From positions 3,910 through 67,909 of the forward strand of contig MTMD02000011.1 of the NCBI GenBank assembly GCA_002010065.2: a DNA stretch of 64,000 nt. Direction: 5' to 3'. Below, one piece after another: positions 60,629-64,000 of this stretch (the first letter of the stretch is position 1; the number at the start of each line of letters is the position of its first letter). Position numbers and translations under genes: made by a program. The stretch is from Candidatus Pyrohabitans jungbluthii. GTDB taxonomy: Archaea; Hydrothermarchaeota; Hydrothermarchaeia; Hydrothermarchaeales; BMS3B. The notes below the pieces were generated by a model. That model was not told where the DNA came from. It worked only from the letters and a program-made list of their open reading frames with translations, and searched no databases.

Positions 60629-60802
60629 AAGTGCATGAATGTAATTTATCAATTTAAAATTTTTTATGAGGTTCTGTACTCAGTCTAGGAAATGTTGCCT
60701 CCGGCTTGGCGGAGGTCTTGGAGAATATCAGGCATTAAGGCGGCGTCAATAATTTTTTCCTTGTTATTCATAACCATTTTTTAAAATTAATAGAGGAATT
60801 GT

Positions 60803-61591
60803 ATGAGCAGAAGAATAATTTTAGTCGCTTTTGCGCTTCTGCTGCTCCTTTCGGGATGCACCTCTGAGAAGAAGGAGTACGGTAAGCATTCCGGGGGGGA
60901 GGTTCAGGACTTGGAGCCCCAGATATCTGAGTTTAAAATAGAAGAGATACTCATAAATGCTCAAAAACTGGACAACCAGTTTGTCTCCACAAGGGGGGTG
61001 GTAATGGAAACGGTGCAGACCCATAGCTATACCTATGCCAGAGTTAAGGACGATACAGGCGAAATTTGGGTCGCAGGACCAAAGACTCAGATCAAATCTG
61101 GAGAAGAGGTGGAGCTTTATGACGCCCTTGTGCTTCTTAATTTCAACTCTCCTGCCCTGAATAAAACCCTGGATGTTATTCTCATGGTACAGAGTTTTAC
61201 CTCAGGAGAACCCTTCTCCTTCCATGGCTCCACCAACAGCAGGGCACCTCCTGCGAATATCTCTGTGGAGAAGCTGGAGGGTGGCTACACTGTGGCTGAG
61301 ATTCTCTCAAGAAGCGAGGAGCTTTCTGGTAAGGAGGTTAGGCTCAGAGCGGTTGTTACAAAGGTGCTTCCCAACATTCTGGACAAAACCTGGATACACC
61401 TTCAGGATGGCACAGTAAACAACGCCACGGGAGAGGATGAGCTGACGGTAACCTACTCTGGGAGTGAGGAGTTCAAGGTTGGTGACGTTGTTGTGGTGAG
61501 TGGAGTGCTCAAGACCAACGTTGATATAGGCTCTGGCTACTTCTTTAAGGTGCTGATTGAAGATGCAGATATAGAAAGAGAGGGGGCGTAA
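60803..61591 (+). CDS. Lipoprotein with two OB-fold-like domains
   Basis: Lipobox LLSGC; YTY..V.D.TGEIWVA and WIHLQDGT...GDVVVVSG....DIGSGY. Confidence 0.75.
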   Translation: MSRRIILVAFALLLLLSGCTSEKKEYGKHSGGEVQDLEPQISEFKIEEILINAQKLDNQFVSTRGVVMETVQTHSYTYARVKDDTGEIWVAGPKTQIKSGEEVELYDALVLLNFNSPALNKTLDVILMVQSFTSGEPFSFHGSTNSRAPPANISVEKLEGGYTVAEILSRSEELSGKEVRLRAVVTKVLPNILDKTWIHLQDGTVNNATGEDELTVTYSGSEEFKVGDVVVVSGVLKTNVDIGSGYFFKVLIEDADIEREGA

Positions 61592-61711
61592 TTTAAACCG
61601 AGGGTAGCACTTTTAAATTTTACAGCGCTCTCGGGAAAAGTGCATATGCTCCACATGAAGAGGAAGTTGCGTTAGAGCAATCTTTAAAACAAGCTAGGCA
61701 GAGGGTTATGT

Positions 61712-62884
61712 ATGCTCTTTGCTCACCTCGCAGACACCCACTTGGGCTACAGGCAGTACAATCTGGATGAAAGGGAGGAGGACTTCTACGCAGCCTTCGA
61801 CGAGGCTGTTGATAAGATAATTCGCGAAGGCTGCGAATTTGTGCTCCACAGCGGCGACCTCTTCGACGAGCCCAGACCGCATGTTAAAGCCCTTGTGCGA
61901 GTGCGCGAAGCCATAGAGAGGCTTACCGACGCCGGGATAAAGTTTTACTGCATCGCGGGCAATCACGACATGCTCATGCGGCGCGGCGCTGTTCCACCCC
62001 AGAAGCTCTACCGCGAGGTTGAGTTTCTAACTCCAGTGAAGCCCTTTCGAGTGCAAGGCGATGTTTTCATCGCCGGCTTGCCCTACTTCTCCAAGATTCA
62101 CCGCAAAGTTTTGCTTGAGAAGCTTTCGCAGCTCGAACGGAAGGCAGAAGATTTTGAAACCAGGGTGCTAGCCCTACATCAGGGCATTAAAAAGTACTTT
62201 GACCTGGAGTATGAGGTGGACCTCGCTGACCTGCCGAAAAACTTTCACTACTATGCGTTGGGGCATCTGCATAAAAAAATAATCGACACCTTTGGTGAGG
62301 GGGTGCTTGCCTATCCTGGCTCAACCGAGATATGGAGGAGCGATGAAATCAGAGAATACGAGAGGAACGGGAAGGGGTTTTACATTGTTGACACCGAGGA
62401 AATCGTGTCTGAGAGCATAAGATGGGTCCCCCTTGAGAGGGTACGCCCCTTTAGAAGGATAGAGATTGAGCGGGTTGAGGACATTTCCGCAGTGGCGAAG
62501 ACGCTTGGAGATGGAAAACCAGTACTGCGCATCGAGGTTCGCTGCCCCTCTCATGAGTTCCAGAGGATTTATAACAGGATAATTGCTGAGCTGGGAGATA
62601 AGGCGTTATATATAGACGTGAAGAAGCGCAGTCCAGGTGAGGAGGTTAAAACTCGAGAGGTTAGGAGGATAAGTGTAGAGCAGCTTATCCGGGAGAGCAT
62701 GAGGGAGCACTCCAGCAGGGAGCAGGAGCTGGCTGTGGAACTTTTCAGACTTCTGGCAAAGGGCGAAGTTGAGGCAGCGCTACAGATTGCGCGCGAGTTC
62801 TTTGAGCACTCCTATGAAGGCGGGCACTTAGCTTCGGACCAACCTGCCTCAAAAGGGCAGCTCAGCTTGGAGGGTTTCAAATGA
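61712..62884 (+). CDS. mre11: DNA double-strand break repair nuclease Mre11
   Basis: ADTHLG, SGDLFD, GNHD, HQG, LGHLH, YPGS. Confidence 0.95.
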   Translation: MLFAHLADTHLGYRQYNLDEREEDFYAAFDEAVDKIIREGCEFVLHSGDLFDEPRPHVKALVRVREAIERLTDAGIKFYCIAGNHDMLMRRGAVPPQKLYREVEFLTPVKPFRVQGDVFIAGLPYFSKIHRKVLLEKLSQLERKAEDFETRVLALHQGIKKYFDLEYEVDLADLPKNFHYYALGHLHKKIIDTFGEGVLAYPGSTEIWRSDEIREYERNGKGFYIVDTEEIVSESIRWVPLERVRPFRRIEIERVEDISAVAKTLGDGKPVLRIEVRCPSHEFQRIYNRIIAELGDKALYIDVKKRSPGEEVKTREVRRISVEQLIRESMREHSSREQELAVELFRLLAKGEVEAALQIAREFFEHSYEGGHLASDQPASKGQLSLEGFK

Positions 62885-64000
62885 TTGTGGAAGAGGTGTA
62901 CCTCAGGGACTTCAGGTCCCATGGTGCAACCAAGGTTAAATTCAATGATGGAATTACAGTTATAGTGGGGGAGAACGGCTCTGGAAAAACCACTCTACTA
63001 GAGGCGATCAACTTTGCACTTTTTAAAAACTCAAGCGTTGGCGTTGACAATTTGATAAGGCGAGGTGCTGAGGAGGTGCAGGTCAGCCTTGTATTTCATG
63101 AGGGTGGGAGGAGGTACAGGGTTGTGAGGAGGCGTAAGCAGGGCAGAGCTTCGGGGAGTTCACTTTACGAGCTTAAGGATGGAGATGAGGTACTCATTGC
63201 AAAGGGCGAGGTGGAGGTAACTCGCGAGATAGAGCGCATCCTGGGAATAAATGCGGAGCTGTTCACAAGCGCTATTTACATTCGCCAGGGCGATATTGAC
63301 GCCCTCCTCTCCGCTCAGCCCTCTGTGAGGAAGAGGGTAATAGGCAAGCTTCTTGGTGCTGAGGACATGGAAAGGGCTTACACCTCTATGCTTGAGGTGG
63401 TAAAGGAGTTTGAGATGCGCCTGGCAGCGCTGAAAAATGTGGACGCTGAGCTTAAGTTGGCAAGAGAGAAGCTCGCGGAGAGGCGTGCTGAGATCGAGAA
63501 GCTCGAGCGCCTGCTTGAGGAGGGGCGAGAGGCACGGGATGAGGTTGCGCGCTCTCTTACAGAAGTGGAGGAGGAGTTGAAGAGGCTTGAGGAGGGGCTT
63601 CGTTTAGTGCAGAGCAGGAGAGTGCTGAAGAAGGAGCGTGCCCATCTCCTGGAAAAGCTGGAAAGGCTAAAGCACTACTCTGCGAGATTGGAGGCGGTGA
63701 GGGAAAAGGGAGAAAGATACCTGGCGCTGGAGGCTGAGCTGGCTGAGCTGAGGAAGAGGGAGAAGAGGCTCTCAGTGCTGGAGGCTCTGCTAAAGACTAA
63801 AAGGAAAGAGGAGGAAGAGGCAGAAGCAAAGCTTGCAGAGGCTGAGGGTTACATTGAGAATGCCCTCAGGGCTGCAGGCAAAGCGCTGGGCGTTCCTGCG
63901 TTGACCTTAGAGAACCTCGAGGCAATGCTGGAGTGCAGGCTTCAGGAGCTTAAGGAGACGCAGGACAGCATTAGGCAGGAGATGGAGGCAACCGCCAAGG
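62881..64000 (+). CDS. rad50: DNA double-strand break repair ATPase Rad50 (5' part, runs off window)
   Basis: MIVEEVYLRDFRSH...GENGSGKTTLLEAINFALF, YIRQG, then coiled coil; ATGA overlap with mre11. Confidence 0.93.
   Translation, partial: MIVEEVYLRDFRSHGATKVKFNDGITVIVGENGSGKTTLLEAINFALFKNSSVGVDNLIRRGAEEVQVSLVFHEGGRRYRVVRRRKQGRASGSSLYELKDGDEVLIAKGEVEVTREIERILGINAELFTSAIYIRQGDIDALLSAQPSVRKRVIGKLLGAEDMERAYTSMLEVVKEFEMRLAALKNVDAELKLAREKLAERRAEIEKLERLLEEGREARDEVARSLTEVEEELKRLEEGLRLVQSRRVLKKERAHLLEKLERLKHYSARLEAVREKGERYLALEAELAELRKREKRLSVLEALLKTKRKEEEEAEAKLAEAEGYIENALRAAGKALGVPALTLENLEAMLECRLQELKETQDSIRQEMEATAK

Noticed and set aside
60696-60713. Small hairpin CCTCCG-N6-CGGAGG in intergenic DNA
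   Set aside because: A single 6-bp stem can arise by chance; unrelated to the 42-bp repeat family.

Overview
Archaeal chromosomal window from an anaerobic, probably thermophilic euryarchaeote-grade organism. The combination of Ftr, DsrMK, a multiheme cytochrome and futalosine-pathway MqnD would fit Ca. Hydrothermarchaeota, but that placement is inference. Positions 1-13.1 kb hold the S10/spc ribosomal superoperon (rps19 to secY, adk, rpl34e, cmk, rpl14e, cbf5) and tRNA-Ser. The rest mixes housekeeping genes (tiaS, rps3ae, gatCAB, thiC, DNA ligase, mre11-rad50, tRNA-Arg) with unusual modules. (1) A gap-pyrD'-pyrK-fbp-tpi operon has a bacterial-type GAPDH and a PyrD homologue that has lost its catalytic Cys and substrate-binding Asn/Thr residues. 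(2) A 42-bp REP-like hairpin repeat family occurs in two intergenic clusters 26 kb apart. (3) Two tandem luciferase-like (LLM) genes overlap mqnD. (4) There is a stand-alone LipS1-ligase-GcvH-LipS2 lipoylation cassette. (5) A globin sensor/histidine kinase/receiver/pilus-type ATPase operon is bracketed by two inward-facing paralogous membrane proteins sharing a coiled-coil motif with the globin sensor. (6) A sulfur locus has two divergent DsrE/F/H-like triads, then DsrMK (DsrK with a C2H2 zinc-finger tail), an SxxC thioredoxin and a pentaheme lipoprotein where DsrJOP usually lie. All family assignments are by motif recognition; no searches were run.
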